In this document: in pieces, positions 1 through 14,247 of the stretch
How positions within the stretch are numbered: the first letter of the stretch is position 1
How the letters are laid out: the number at the start of each line of letters is the position of its first letter
Source of the DNA: Amphiscolops sp. MND2022
Taxonomy: Eukaryota
Length of the DNA: 64,000 nt
NCBI GenBank assembly: GCA_964187785.1
Contig: OZ076420.1
Span: forward strand, 56,730,001-56,794,000
Direction of reading: 5' to 3'
Notes under the pieces: model-generated
Seen by the model: only the letters and a program-made list of their open reading frames with translations
Database searches by the model: none
What the model was told of the DNA's origin: nothing
Translations under genes and position numbers: made by a program

Positions 1-220
1 GTAGACAACAGCTTTATTTACTGTGCTGTACGTGTTTCGAGTGCTGATTCTATATGAAATGAGAAGACAAAATTGAACGAACATTTTTATCTGTGGTTGA
101 AATGGTATTTATTAGACGGATGGGAACTAGCTAGGTGCTTATTATTTAGAACCGGATCAGACTACAAGATCATTTCACTACTGATGAGACTACCCATGTT
201 GAGCACTCCCTGCGAATCTG

Positions 221-1000
221 TACAGATCCTGACAGTTACTCTAGGGTTTGTGGAAAATTAATTAGTCATTCTTACAGTTTTGAAATTGAAATTAGTTAGT
301 TACAAAGTGCTCTACAAGATGAACACGCCTCCTAGTTGAAGTTTTGGAAACGTTTCTCTGCAAACCTGTACAGATATCTACAGATCCTGACAGAAATTCC
401 AGGATTCGTCGAAAATTGACGTTACGAAAATGACCAATAAATTACTATAACGTAAGGCAAGTTTCCAAATTACTATAACGTAAGGCAAGTTTCCAGGAAT
501 TACTAAAACTACTCCAGCAAACCATGTTCCCGAGAAATGACAACAACAGCACTTTATCACACATCTACCATCACAGACGGTGGCCACATGTTTAATTACA
601 TCCATCAAAATGATGTCAATGTGACAAACGGGCCTCTCAAAGTTGAACAACCACTTCTGGAAACGTCAAGTGAATTGGATAAATTAATGTATGACCAATA
701 GTGAACATTCCCCGGAAACCAAAAATACCATGTCAGGAACAAGCTTTTCAGCACCCGGATTTCCAGTGATGGAGAGCTTCAACTGACTGAGCCTTGGTCA
801 GCTAAGGAACTCTTTGAAGGAGCCCGAAAATGCGATACATTGCTTCTCAGAAACTCCAGAAAAAATGCCTGAAAAATCTGAAAGAAATCCTTGGAATATC
901 TGTAAAGATCTTTGCAGATCTGCAGTTGTCCTTACGTAGCAGTGGCACGATCTTTACAGATCCTCAAGGATGTTAGGCTCCCAGATCTGTACAGATTCTC
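221..1000. repeat. Degenerate cluster of TACAGATCCTGACAG / AGATCTTTGCAGATC motifs, probably ends of a non-autonomous DNA transposon family
   Basis: tacagatcctgacag occurs near 222 and 379. Related AGATC-core motifs recur at 900-1000. They resemble the subterminal repeats of the MITE at 59141. Confidence 0.35.
440..495. repeat. Perfect 28-bp tandem duplication
   Basis: aattactataacgtaaggcaagtttcca at 440-467 and 468-495. Confidence 0.9.
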
Positions 1001-1357
1001 AAGAAAAGCTCAATACGTGCAGGCATGAGACTACGGATGAGACTACTGCAACAATCAGGTGCAGGAACGGTGATTGCTTGCGGACCTGGATTGGACCTTG
1101 ACTTGGTTTGCAAAAATGATACAGGCTCAATTCTATACTGTTGGCTTGTTCTTTTATCTATCTTGGTGTTCCTTATGGGCGCAAGCTGCTTAGACAACGC
1201 TTCTAATAAATTAGAACGCCTCAAGTAAAAAGGCTTGAAAAGAAATGCCCCGACAATTCTTGGCCTATCTTTAAACCCACGCGCCTTTGAACAAAAAATA
1301 AAACTCCGAACTTTCGCACTAAAACTTAGATCCAAAAACTTGGTAATTTGACACAAC

Positions 1358-4190
1358 ATGGTAACCAATTCCAATTCCAAACATCGAAGCAACAGTAACA
1401 GTCCCTGCCAGACAGAAATTTTGTTGAACATCCTGTGCTCGTTCAAGAACAGAATAGTTGCTATTTTTTACATCCAGCGCGCAAACTCACTGAACATCGT
1501 GCTAGTGGGAATTCCCATTCTGGACGTGGAAACACGCCTCACGTCAACCCTGAAAATGAGCAACCTAAGTTTCATTGATGATCGCAATGAAATACACCCA
1601 AATATTGGGACTGGTCTCAAGTTACTTCATACTATATTGAAGAAACTACCCAACCTTGGAAATCTGATTCGCAAAAAAAAACGATCAGAGAAGACGGAAG
1701 TAAGCCCAGAAAAAGCAGTCGTCTGGTAAATGTCAGCCACTCAAAACTGTCTATTCAGCTTAGGCGCCTCAGGGAGTTCAGTGTCGCTGTGGGTATTTCC
1801 GTTAAATAACCAAGAATCGAGTCATCATAACAAAAAAAATCAACAAAACAAGGATATGTATCAGTTGCTCTTATGCTATTGGAAATGAGCCGACAATTTT
1901 TGCGGATCCTGTGAGAAAGGGTCCCACGGCAATTGAGTGGGATTCAAAAACAACACAATGCCACAAACGAAACTGAAGGAGCAAGGTGGTTCCATAAACA
2001 ATTCGGACCACCCACAGTGAAAGCGACAAAACAATCAGGCTTACCAAACTTGCGCCTTGAAATTGAAAAAAAAACATGACAATTAAAAACATTGTCGCAG
2101 ATGGAATATCACGAAGCAAGGCTTTAGACTCAGGAACATTTGAAAGAGTTGGAAGCATTCAAGACGCTTGTACTGCATGCGAATCAAGAACTACTAGCCT
2201 GAAACCTTCCTTGATGGAAGTCAACCGGAAAATCCAACAACACAGCAATACACAAACGCAAGTCAAAAAGACCTACTCAGCCCAAAGCGCTGCCACGTTA
2301 TCCCAGCTTACAGAAAAGAAAAATTGTCGATCCTTCGAGCTCATACTTCGTGTGGAAAACTCAGACAATGGCCTTGCCAACAGTATGGATATAAAAAACG
2401 TTCGACAAACGTTTCCCAGAAAAACTGATCGACGCTTTCCGGAATAGCAGACAAAACATCCATTTGGAAGTTTTTTTCACTGGAAAAGATTTGGAGAAAA
2501 TAAACTTTCACAAAGTAGTCAAGCTTCAGGTAGAAAATACTTTAAAACAAACCCTACATTCTGAAAGACCCGAGATAAAAAGTGATATGTGGTTCAGTAG
2601 CGACTTCACATTGGAACAACTGGAACACAACCTGAGTTTCATGAAAACATCGGGAAAGTCTCTCGATAGCGACATTATCCCCAAAATGATAAAGTACACA
2701 GGACTCCCGGATAAAGAAGTCCTTCTTCACCTTGCAAAACAGTACTCTTATGAAAATTCATTGACCGTGGAAATATTCAAAAGTCATATTTCTGAGTAAA
2801 CAAGGTAAAGCAGATTACACCACACAGTCATCGTATCGGCCGATAACAATCTCCAGCTATATCGGACAAATTGAGCAAAAACTAGTATATGCCAGGCTTC
2901 TTCGAAAAATTCCACATGATAAACAAAAAGTTCCACAAGAGCACAGTATGGTCGTTGTATGGGTTGAAAATGGAATATCAAGAAATGAGAAGGTGCAAAA
3001 AAGTGGCGCCTAAGTATCCATTGACTTCAAGAAGGCATTAGATTCCTTATGTTTCAATGGACTGCTTTAAATACTCTATAAATCAGGAGTTGAATGTGAC
3101 GTCAATTAACTGATTGAACTTTTTTGAAAAGCCAACAACTCAGCAAAAAAACTGGTAATCTGAGACGCCAATGCTTTGGAGCCAGAGATGGACTGCCAAA
3201 AGGTAATGTGTTATCACTTGTTTAGATCATTTTTTTGTTTTCGACATGTTCAAAGTCCTCAGCTGTAAGAAATTCAAGTTCGCTGACGATGGAAAACTCC
3301 TAGTGACAGGACACACCGAAACCCAAATTTATCTGAACTGTCAAGTTTGTCTTAAGCAGTTGGAACGGTGGTGCAAAATTAGAGGATTGCAGTCAATGGT
3401 GACAGACGTCTATCTTAACTCTGAAAACACGCACGCCCGAAAGTGCTTCGGAGAGACCTGTACTGTCACAAGAAACACAAAAATCCTGGGATTGATTGCG
3501 GACAACAAACTGGATTTCAATTACCAATTACAGCAGGTAGAAAGGAAAATTGCTAAACAGTTGAATACATTTGAACAGTTTTGCTGCTCAAACTGGGGTC
3601 TCAAGCAAGCAACGCTCAAAGAGCATTACAGAAGTCCAGTGCTCCTCGACTTCTAATCGCAGTCGCTGTGCGGGCCAGGAAACACATTCAAGAACATAGC
3701 CGATTCCAGTTTACCGCGCTCAAGATTATCATAGATACAAAAACGAAGTTCAAGCAATTGGCAGCAGACGTACTGTGCGGTCTACCACCTACGCAATTAA
3801 AAATTTTGTATCATTACAATTAAATTTCGAATCAAACTTTCTCAACATCAGGACATATTGTGGGATGTGTATCGGAATTGTCCATTGCCAGAGATAAAAA
3901 CCGATAAAAACCTCATTGACGACTTTATAAAGTCTCAGGTGCAACAAATAGTTACACGGTGTCAACAAGCCATGAGTACATGAAAGGTAGATGGAACAAT
4001 TCTAGAACGCACAGACAGCTAATCTACTGGATTGGTCAACTACTCAAATTGGATTGGAAGAGATTGCCTTTCCAAAAATGACAACCATACACCTAGAAAA
4101 ATTAATCAGCAAAGTTCTTTTCAACATCAACGTGGAACTGGCAGAATATGCATACAAAATTTGGAGAGCGAAAGACTCCACTGTGACCTA
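1358..4190 (+). mobile_element. Decayed non-LTR (LINE) retrotransposon; outer limits approximate
   Basis: Ordered reverse transcriptase motifs on + in several frames. The upstream ORF1-like and endonuclease-like remnants are weak. Confidence 0.75.
2464..3823 (+). pseudogene. LINE ORF2 reverse transcriptase pseudogene
   Basis: FTLEQL..SGK..D.IIPKMIKY (about 2600-2700), YRPITISSYIG (2834), DFKKALDS (3023), GLPKGNVLS (3190), FADD (3279), KILGLIADNKLDF and WGLKQATL occur in the canonical order, with stops and frameshifts. Confidence 0.85.
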
Positions 4191-7085
4191 GTAGAGTAGA
4201 TACAGAATTAGTCCTGCACTAATTTCTTAGCCCCCGGTACAAGCAGTTTCGTGCGCCCGAATTAGCCACAGGAAGTATCTATTCACTTATCTGGACAACG
4301 AGCCCATTAACTTTGTCACAGATTCTGGAAGTTTTGAAAGTAGAACGGAAAGGAAACGGCACTTTCAAGACAATACTCTACTACTAAAGACTCAGAATCT
4401 CTGAGGCAATGACCAGCCGATCTTCAATTTTTATCAAGTTTTTTATAAAATTGATATCACGTGCGTAAATCATATTGTTAGATTGAGCCGCAACCTAGAG
4501 GTTAGGCAGTTTCTATATACATCTATTTTGATATTGCACAATAGGCGAAGTGCTAGGTACGCTGAGATGGAAATTGATCAAAACTTATGTACCCTTTAGC
4601 ATGTTCCTTTGTATAGTGAAAAACTCTTGAAATGAGCCTTTTGCCAAATGAGCCTTTCGTTTTGCACACGGTGCTTGCGGCCTCTTTTTCGTCGATTCAT
4701 TATGCCAAATACGTTGTCTATTGCCGTAATTTTGGCTTGTCTCAGCCTGTGAGCTGCTATTTCTTTTCATACATATCATACCTGTGATGAAAAAAATTCA
4801 CCATTTAGCACCATCTTACGCATTTTTAAAGGGTATCTAGGCGATGATCCCGAAAAAAAAGCATAATGCTCGTCACTGTTGGCAGTAACACCCTGGGATA
4901 GGTCAACAAGTGTCCCTAAGAAGCGGAACTTCCCTTCTGCAGGGAGACAAAATGTACCCGAACACACAACCATTGCATGAGTTCCTCCACCTCTGTCGAC
5001 GAAAGAAGCGCGGGTATCTTCCCTTTTTCATTTTGAGGACCACCGTTTATTCAGCTTTTGAAAACGGATGATGGTGATAACAATGAACTTCTCAGCTGCA
5101 AGTATAAGTATTTTAAGATATACAGAAGTCATAGCATGTTTCGAAGCTAGAAACAAGTTTCTTGATATGTATGAACAACTTCTCCGTTTTTCCGCGGGCG
5201 GACTTTGCACGAATTTTTCTTGTTTTCATGGTCTCAGACATTTTCCGACATCGGACTTTGATCTATGACAATACGGTTAGTAACGGCTAAAGGGTGACGT
5301 TGCACTATTTACATTTTTTAATCGTTGATACATACTGAACTTTCTGGATGTAAAAGACGCAACGATTGTGATAGAACTCTAAGTTGCAAAGGATCTAAGT
5401 AGCAAAGATTACTCCTCGTTTTCCAACACTTGATTCTCTTTCAATCATTTCTCCTCAATAAGCTTGCAAATTTCGATATATTATCTGTGTTCTAAAAATT
5501 AAGAAAACACCACTTACAGTATGTTTTCACGTTTCTGAAGTAGACTTAGTGGCTAGATTTAGTTTTACCTTTTTTCTTCAGCCTTTTTGTGTTGGTTCAT
5601 TTTTTGTTTTTTTTTTGTTAGAAGTTATTTCTTGTTTTATATCGTCACGAAGCAACTCTAATCTGCTTCTAAAATGCTTTCACACCGTAAACACTGCAAA
5701 CATAAACGCCACCAAAGAATCCCCCCATCCCACTTTAAGCTTTGTTCGGCACTTCGGCACTGTGAGATTCTGCAAAAAAAACATTTTCTCAAATTGTTTC
5801 GGAAACTGACTTTTCTGTCTTGTTTGAATTTGTTGTCCTGGTTTTTCAGTTTTTTGTGATTCCAGTTTCTTGTGAAAATCAAGTCAAATGGTAATTATAG
5901 TTTCACCTGCGGATACGATTTGGTCAGTAATTTTTATTTCTTCAAAGCACTCGTTCAGCAATGTCAAATAGCAAAGCATAGCGGCCATTTCTAACTGACA
6001 GCAATTTTGACAGTGAGATTCTGACAATGTTGACTAATTTATACGGTCAAAATTTTTGGACAAACAATTCACTCTGAAGTTCTTCATTTTCTTGTTTCTT
6101 AACACATTGCAAGTTATTACAGTACCCGAATACCGATCAAAAACTTATTCAAATTTTTAGTGTTTTGAGGTTTTTGAAATTTTATAAGAGTCAATTGCTG
6201 AAAACTGAGAGTACAAAAAGTATCAGAATGAGATTCAGTGTCTGGTGAACATTTTCGCGGCATCGCTACTCATTGAGCTTCATTTAAGGCTCTCGGAATC
6301 ATTGCGAGCAATTCAACAAAGAAACAAGGAATCTGAGGAATTTGAAAGAAAAGGAATTCGAAGAATTCGAAAAAAAAAGAAATCCGTGGAATCTGGAAAA
6401 AACGAGGAATCCGAGGGATTCGAAAAAAATGAATCGATTGCAACCCCCGACGCATCAATAAGGTGCAAACAACAGAATTGGATTGACACAAGCAATTAGC
6501 AGTGCCGCAGAAAATTATGAGGAAATGGTTTTGAGGTAAGATGAAATCAGAAGATACATTGCAGTCAAAATCTTGAACGGTCTGCCAACATTTGAAAGAC
6601 CATTGAGAGCGTGCGGGAAATTATCTTCGTGAGATAGCAGTGCTACTTCTAGGGAAAACGAAGATTTGAAAGATCCATTGCAATTGCGGTTTGAATGAGT
6701 TGTTGTATCACGAGGAACACGTCAAAACATCTTGGTTACGCAACAATTGTAAGATTGAGAAAGTTTGGAAGTTATATGTACACGTAAATACTGTCACTAA
6801 GAAAATTTTGATACTGCAGTAAACATTGATCTTTTAGTCTTTTTCATTGAGTAGAGTACCTTTGCTTAGAAAAACTTCAGCACCAAGTGAAAGACTTGTA
6901 ACTTTTTTTAGAAACTCCCAAATAATAAAAGCGACAATCAAAGGTATGGTATACATTTTTCATTTCAGGTCTTTTTCGTTATCGGTTCAAAATAAGCAAT
7001 TCAATTAACCAAGTATTTCATAAAAATCAGTCAGTTTGTCTAGCTGAAAGCATAACGGATAGTTAGATCATGTTCGACTGCATTA

Positions 7086-8208
7086 GAGTGCACAGGCAAG
7101 CCTTATTTGCTCAAAGCGCAACATAGTGCTTTCAATATCTCGGATTCCACGACCATACCTTTAACCGTGCAAAATTGGCAAATTACGTCATTTGTCCCGG
7201 ATTCCACGGATTTTGTCGTGGATTCCAGTAACAAATGCTTAGCTGTACGAACTGTCGGCATGCAGCGGTGTCCCGGATTCCACAAAAACGTAAGTTTTGC
7301 AAAATGAACCAATCAGATTGCAGAAATCATAAATTTCCTGGATTCCACGACTTTATGCTCGACGCGATACGCGGCATCTCTTCTTTAATTAAATTCAAGT
7401 GGAAGACTGAACAAACATAATATTATGCACTACTTTTCGTGAGTAATTTTTTTACTCACGATTGGGACCAAAATATCACAAATTTTTTTTTCATTTTAGT
7501 ATACTGAAAAGCCTCCTTTTTGTCCTCACGAAAGATATTATGGACATATCGTCCCTCTGGCTTCTCATAGCAACGAAATTCGGCTAAAAAAGTAATTCAA
7601 AGGTGGATTTAATCATGAATAATTTTGGACACAAATTGTCACAAAGTTTGATCCTGGTCTCACGAAATTATTGACTGATCTTGCATTGTTTCTGTTTTTG
7701 AATAACATGGCAGTCATACAAAATGTCACTTGAGTTCAAAATTGGGCAAATTATGCTAAACTACCATTTGTTTGAATTGTTATTTGTCATTTCGCTCTCA
7801 CTTGGTTATATTACACAAATATTCGTATTTTCAAGTTTAGTACCGCTTTGAACAAACTGCCAGATCATCACAATCTGCCATTATTTGATGACATGCTTCA
7901 TTTTTGGTACCAGTCACGAGTATCTCTATTCGTACTTCTTGGATTTTTCGTGTCAATCAAAACAATTTCCTTTGATATAAAATTGAATCAATTTGAAATG
8001 ATTACTCAAAATCAGCGGACCAATCAGAGAGCAGCGGCAAAAGTGTCATTATAGCAGCAGCATTGGCGTGGAATCCAGGACAAGCACTGTCGTGGAATCC
8101 AAGACACGCTTAACATCAAAGAGAAATTTTGTCCTGGATTCCACGACTTTTCTCAATTTTCGTGTCCCGGATTCCACGAAAAACAGCAAAAAGCTTGCCT
8201 GTGCACTG
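7086..8208. mobile_element. Tc1/mariner-type MITE with TA target-site duplication
   Basis: Ends are TA|gagtgcacaggcaagc ... gcttgcctgtgcactg|TA. Multiple subterminal GGATTCCAC / GTGGAATCC repeats occur at both ends. No coding capacity. Confidence 0.85.
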
Positions 8209-8685
8209 TAATGTGTAGGCATCTAAAAACGATTATTCATCAAAATCCGTAGACTTTTCGCAGAGTTGAAGACAGACCAATGAATGTTAAATCACTACTT
8301 AGCCCCTCCAAACCCAACCTTTGACTGCTTTGTTGAAGGAGTGCCCATCTCTCAGAGAGATTTGGAAACGTCAAGATGTCATCTTTGGATACTACGTCAT
8401 CCACTACGTTGTGCCAACAAATGTTCATGGATTTTGATGTCTGTTCATGATGAACTTCTGATCATCAGCATGATTGTCCAGTTTATAATCAGCATATTCA
8501 CTATACAGAGCCTGGTCACCATTAAAGACCATATGATGAATAGTCTAGACAATACCGTGGCTGATATGTTGTTATTTTCCGCCCTCACAAATTTATTTGT
8601 GTAGCCAGAAGAAAATCACCATGTGTTGAGTTTTTTATCGAAATTCTGCCAAAAACCCACTCAGTGATATAATAAATTCAGTTTA

Positions 8686-8760
8686 GTCACGGTGGCCCAG
8701 TTTGTGGGGCTTCTGCCTGCCAGTCAGTAGGTCGTCGGTTCGAACCTGGGCTGGAGTCTG
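8686..8760 (+). mobile_element. tRNA-derived SINE head or tRNA pseudogene (Gly-GCC-like loop)
   Basis: A-box-like gtggcccagtttgtgg, B-box ggttcgaacc at 8737 and a gcctgcca anticodon-loop-like segment. No clean acceptor stem. Confidence 0.5.
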
Positions 8761-9489
8761 AAATTTTTCTCCTTTCCCAAGCAGTACGTCTCCTTCGTCA
8801 TACTTTTTTAATGGATATGTGACTTCCATAGGTGAGTTATCATTCCGGGTGTAACTCCTATACAAAAACAGAACGCGCCCTAAGCATCGGGATGTTTTCC
8901 GCCACAATCGGATTGCGAAAAAAAGTTTGACAAAAGTATGACAAAGCCATTGCAGTAGACGTAGACAATTGTGACCAATCAGAGATCAGGTCACGTGTCT
9001 CTTTTGCGAAGATCTTTGGAAAAGCTTACGATGAAATCAAAGGTATTGTTTGTTCATAAACTCTGAAAAAACGTATTTTCGGCCGGTTGACGAGAAAATT
9101 TTAAATGAAATGGTCTATTTTAACAGCATAAAGAGTGGATTTGGAGAATAAGCAACGTGAATTACATTCATTCGAAAATGATAGAGTTTCTGGGACAGAA
9201 TGGGAAAATTAACTTCGCGAGAGAGTTTCTAGACAAACAAAACATTCCTTTTAAACTTTGAGCTAGTTGCAGATCACAAAGTTGATGTCTATTGTCCAAT
9301 GAATAACTTTGGCTGCATCTCATGTAGCCGTCTTACCATCAAATAGAATTTTTGGTCCACTTGGATTTTTCATTCATCGTTTCGTAATGCCCGAGGTTGC
9401 TTTTTCATTATTGTGATGAGATAAATTCCTCATTCAAATTTTTTTGAGAGTCAGTCTATAAAAGTTGAATTGTTAATCGAGTTTTTGTG

Positions 9490-10564
9490 TAACAAGACCA
9501 CACTTATGCAAGTAGTAGCAGCAGAGCTTTTCTTTTCTGCTGATGAAAACTGTTGAAGCTTGAGTTCATTTGGGGTACCATGTTTCTAAGTACATATGAT
9601 TAGATGGATAGAGGTTTTCATCACTTTTAAGTACTTAGTTGGAAAATCGATCCAAAACAATTCAACACACTTCAACTTATTTTTAGTCGGCGCATTTAAA
9701 AAGAAAATGAGCGCGACTGTTACAGTGTTAGCGTTTTCCGTCAGATAACAGAAAGAAAAGTGGACACTTTTTACAGAACTACTGAACTTCTGGACCGGCA
9801 AGCGGAAACGCATCTAAATTCGTGCAAAGTGTCTCCCTTTCATTTTTTCCGTTTTAATGAAAACATACAAAACGGAACGATACTAAAGTGTTTTTCGATT
9901 TTTTACCGACACTGTGGCATTTTTTCCGAAAAGTTGCGTTCCACTAAAGAGGAGGCGGAGGTTCAAAAAAGCGCTCCCATGTGGCTCATCACGCTATATC
10001 CGAACTTCTTAAGCGTTTTCTGAGCACGAAAAGCACCCCTTGGATGTTTCGACACTTGGCTCTTTTCTGTTCTATCCCCCCCACCACCAAACATTTTTTG
10101 GAAGTAAATTTCCTTAAAAACTTGAGACTAGCCTAATTAAAAGTAAAGCCTTCTTTCATAATGGGAAGTTAACGTCAATTGGAGTAGTTTTTTGCTTGAA
10201 CAGAACATTGTCCACGCTTTTTGACTAAAATGGTGTTCGTATTAGGTGTTTATTGATTACTCAAAACAGGAAGCTGTTAATTTCTTCATCAAAATGCGTG
10301 ACTACATATTGAAAAAGCGTGAACAAATTTGTATCTGAATCCTAAACTGCCACAGTCCAAAACTGTCTCAATCCTAAACTGAATCCTAAAAGTCTTTTTG
10401 TTATAAGATTTTCTCTAATTTTTCAAAAAAAATGGTGGTGGACAGAAAAGAGCCCGACACTTTTTTGAGCCTTTTTAAAAATAAATGCGTTTTGAATATT
10501 TTTTTAATAACTGCCTTGTTTGAGCCTGAAGTGTAGCGACGACTATAAACGTTCCCGTCTTAAT
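9490..10564 (+). mobile_element. Dispersed non-autonomous repeat, copy A (Helitron/Helentron-like architecture, tentative)
   Basis: Shares agtggacacttt...ggaccggcaagc.gaaacgcatctaaatt and gctatatcc.aactt...agcgtttt..gagcacgaaaag with 62160-62769, and the 3' end cgact....acgttcccgtctt with copies B and C. The 5' taacaagac is the inverse of 3' gtcttgtta. Confidence 0.65.
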
Positions 10565-12289
10565 GTAAGTTGTCAGAGTTTGTCCAACCTTTTCAGTTAA
10601 ACACATGCAAATTATCTAAAAATTATGCAAAAGTTATGGATGGATTATGTCCAAGGTTCTAACGACATCTCGGAATGCTCCATCGAGGTCGGCAAATATT
10701 GTTAGAAAAATCCATCGAGTATTCTCTCGATCAAATGTCGGAAACTTCGATAGTTTGAATCTAACAGGAGCTTCGAGCACTTTTTCCATACATATTAGAT
10801 GATCTAGTCGAGCACAACGGGTTTTTTTAAAGGTTCATTGCCACTGATTACTGTGTTATACAAACAAACATTTATGCTTCCGAAGTACCATTGCCACAAT
10901 GACGCCATCAGAGCTAGAACCAAGCACGTGATTAAATGTTACCAATAATGTTGTTTATACCTGATTATCATTTACAATTTACTTTCGGGTCCCAAATCCG
11001 TTTTCGGGCAGCTTCGTCGGGTATCAACAGTCTGATTAGGCTCTTCCCCACACACGCTTTCAAAGAAAAAACTCAACATAAAGGATTATATTTGGCTATA
11101 TCGTTTAACCAAGGTAAAGAAGAGTCATTCCAGTATTACAATGGAGACAATTCCGAGTTTTAAATAAAAGATAACAATCCTGAAAAAATTTAACAGCTCC
11201 ATTTTTTTGTTCACACTAACATACAATTTTGCCAAAATTATTTTTGCGAATCAGAATAAAACCGGAAGTGAGCTGAACAAATTTGTGAAAAGATTTTCCA
11301 AATATTAAAAGGAGATAAATTTTTTGAAATTACGTGAAATAGTTCATTGCAAACTCCAATTGAGAGCAAATTAATTGCTAAAACAAAAGCATCTAGAAAG
11401 TGTGTGTCCATAGGGGGATAAACAAGTTCCCCTGCTTTACTTTAACCTGGGAGAACCCAATGTACAGATAAAGTTTCTGATATAAAGAAAGTTTGAAAGA
11501 GAACAATTTGAATGTTTTAACAACAACCAACAGTGCAAACTGTAGTTTGTTACCTGGCGACTGAATGATTACTTTCTTTTTCAAGGAAAACTTGAATTGA
11601 AAAACATTTTTTATAAAATAGCACAATAAAACATAATCGAGAATATCTTGTATTTCAACTAGCATCATCAGTGAGATTATCATTATCAACTCAAACAGAA
11701 GCATCTAAAAACACTAGCTGGTCTCTTGCAAAGCAAACCATCACTATGAGGTTATACCAAGTGCGTCCCAAGTTTTTCAGAGGTAGCCTCATTTTTTAAA
11801 TTGAACAAACTGGGTCTTCGAAAATTCTATCTTGTCTAGATTTAACTATTTTTAGTTAGAGTTGTCGTAACAGAGGAATTTTGTACGAACATAGCGTACA
11901 CATTTGAGGAACGCATTATTCGAGTGATTTCGAGAAAACTTTGAACGAAATTTGAAAATAAAAACTTTGAAGAGGGTTTTTGACAAACAGCAGTTTTGTC
12001 ACGAATCGATAGTACTTAGAATACATCAGCAAACAAACCAGGTCAATGCAATAAAAACGAATGGCAAAAAAGTTTCTCGGAGTTCTTTCTGGAGTTTTTT
12101 TCCAGGTTGTGTTTCAATTTTGAAATAATTTCCATTATAAATCTCTGCTCAAAAGTTTCCACATGAAAGTGTACTAGTGCGACACAGTTGCCGTTATAGC
12201 CAACAAAAGGGTCAGTTCCCAACACCAACTACTAACTGCCGCGTCTCTCGGGAATAAGTGCACTCGAACAAACACTCTCCCGCGCCTCG

Positions 12290-12860
12290 CGAACTCGCCA
12301 TTGGAAACTGCAACTTCATCCAAAATGGTAACAACCAAAGAACATGAACAAGTAGGAAGGTTGTTCAAACGGTTGGTGGAAATGACACTTTTTTGATATC
12401 TCGCTTGGAACGAGCCCTTTTAGATAAAGAATTTTTGCCCTACAACGGAAACACACCAATGTAGCAGAACATTTGCTTTTTGAAAACGACAAAAAAGTTT
12501 CCTCGATTTTGACGAGACAATAATCAGACTGGACAAAACCTGGTCGCACTTACCAACAATGGAAAACGTCATGGAGTTTCTATTGGTGGTTAATCATGAT
12601 CAGAAAGTCATGAGATTTGGATACAGCAATGCACAATTTGAGCATTTAAGTCCCCTTCGAGCCAAACCAAAGAAAGAGAAAACGAGCTCGATAAGGCAAA
12701 TCGTAAGAAGCAATGACGCTTGTGGATGTCCTTTGCAACCCCCGACTCTACAGCAGAGTTGCTGGCAATTCCTGTTCACTATGTACGAGGAGCAGTCGAA
12801 AAAGCAACTCAGTCCCAAATGTCCTGGTGATTTTTGCATGTCATCGGAGTTGTTCCGGTT
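12290..12860 (+). pseudogene. Unknown accessory gene B, copy 1
   Basis: Homologous to 13270-13830; both contain PTMENVMEFLL.V.HD.K.M.FG..NA. Frameshifted. Confidence 0.5.
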
Positions 12861-13269
12861 GATTCTGACTAACTTAAGTTGGTCTTTATTTGTTGCGAAT
12901 ACAGTTAGTTTTTTCTGATATAAAGAGTTTTTGCTTTGGTCAATAAGGGTTACCAGCGATCTACGAATGTGCGGCGTCGTGATTGTTGTGGATATCTAAC
13001 ATACTTTTAAAAACTGAGTTTCTACTTTTTTTAACTTGAAAATCTCAAATGATACGAAACAGGTTTTTCTGAGGAAACTTGTTTCGCGGACATTTGAACC
13101 TTATTCAGGATCACTTGCGCAGAAGAAAAAGCATGGAAGAGACAAGATGTGATGGTCTTTCATCAAGTCTGTTGTAGCCTTGGACGAAGAGGAAATTCGG
13201 AAAGATATTTTTGACATGGCGCACAGTGATTCCGAAGAGTAAAGCGACGACGCAGACCTTTTAGACCAG

Positions 13270-13830
13270 TTTGAGGCAACTTCATCCAGATTAGTAACAA
13301 CCAGTGAACATGAACAAAGATGATTATAGTTCAAACTGTTGGTGAAAGATGACAATTTTCTCGGTATGTTGTTCGGTAGGAGCTTTTTGTCATTTTGGAT
13401 GGATATTGTTTGTCAAAAAAACACATTAATTTAGCAGAACACTTGCTGATTAAAACAGTAATACAATTTTCGTCGATTTGGACGAGTGAAGGAACTGACT
13501 TGACCAAGCCTGGCGGCAATCACCAACAATGGAAAACGTCATGGAGTTTCTACTGTTGGTTGATCATGATCTGAAAGGAATGAAATTTGGATGCAACAAT
13601 GCATACTTTGGGTAAGAAGTCCCCTTTGAGCCAAACCAATGGTACAAAACACGAGCTCTGTACGGCACATCAAGTGAATCATGTGAAGCACCGATGCTTG
13701 GGGATGTCTTTTGCAACCCGCCAGCTCTACAGCAGATTTGCCCGTAATTCATGTTCACAACGCACGAGGCGTAGTCGAAAAAAAAACAATTTGGCTCGAA
13801 AGCTCCTGATGAATTTAGCATGTCTTTTGT
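13270..13830 (+). pseudogene. Unknown accessory gene B, copy 2
   Basis: accaacaatggaaaacgtcatggagtttcta is shared with copy 1; internal stops present. Confidence 0.5.
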
Positions 13831-13879
13831 TGACCGTTTCTGTTTTGCGCACTGCAGCAACAAAAAAGCGTCGTTACAC

Positions 13880-14247
13880 GAGCGTGCCCCGTTACACGAG
13901 CGCTTTTTTGAGAGCTCTAATATGGCAAAACTCTCCGTAAAACCGACTCCATAAAGGACACCGGGACAATAATGCAAGCTTTTGCGATAGAGCGCAATAG
14001 TGTGGAAGTTGTTCAGGCGAGGATTGGCTACCGGAGAGATACTGTGGTAGTCCACGAACTCAAAAAATTCCACTTGGCTGGATTCGGCAAAACAAAAGTC
14101 GCGGAGGCCTTTCTACAGATTCTCTACTCAGTACTCTCGACTCCTGAAGGTAACGAGCAGGATCACTGCCAGGCAGCCCGCTTCATAGGCCGAGTCTTTG
14201 AAAAACCAGCAACTTTTGGAACTCGAAGAGCTGACAAAGTTGAATAA
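13880..14247 (+). pseudogene. Unknown gene A family, partial copy
   Basis: MQAFAI...VEVVQARIG..RDTVVV.ELKK aligns with copies at 15.0, 36.9, 38.2 and 41.4 kb. Confidence 0.6.

Noticed and set aside
4585-6780. Host exons or transposase remnants
   Set aside because: Short ORFs with no recognisable motifs or consistent splice pattern.
10335-10392. Telomere-like aatcctaaa repeats
   Set aside because: Only three irregular copies inside a dispersed repeat.
12500-12530. HAD phosphatase DxDxT motif (LDFDETI) in gene B
   Set aside because: Only a short match; broken in the second copy; no other HAD motifs seen.
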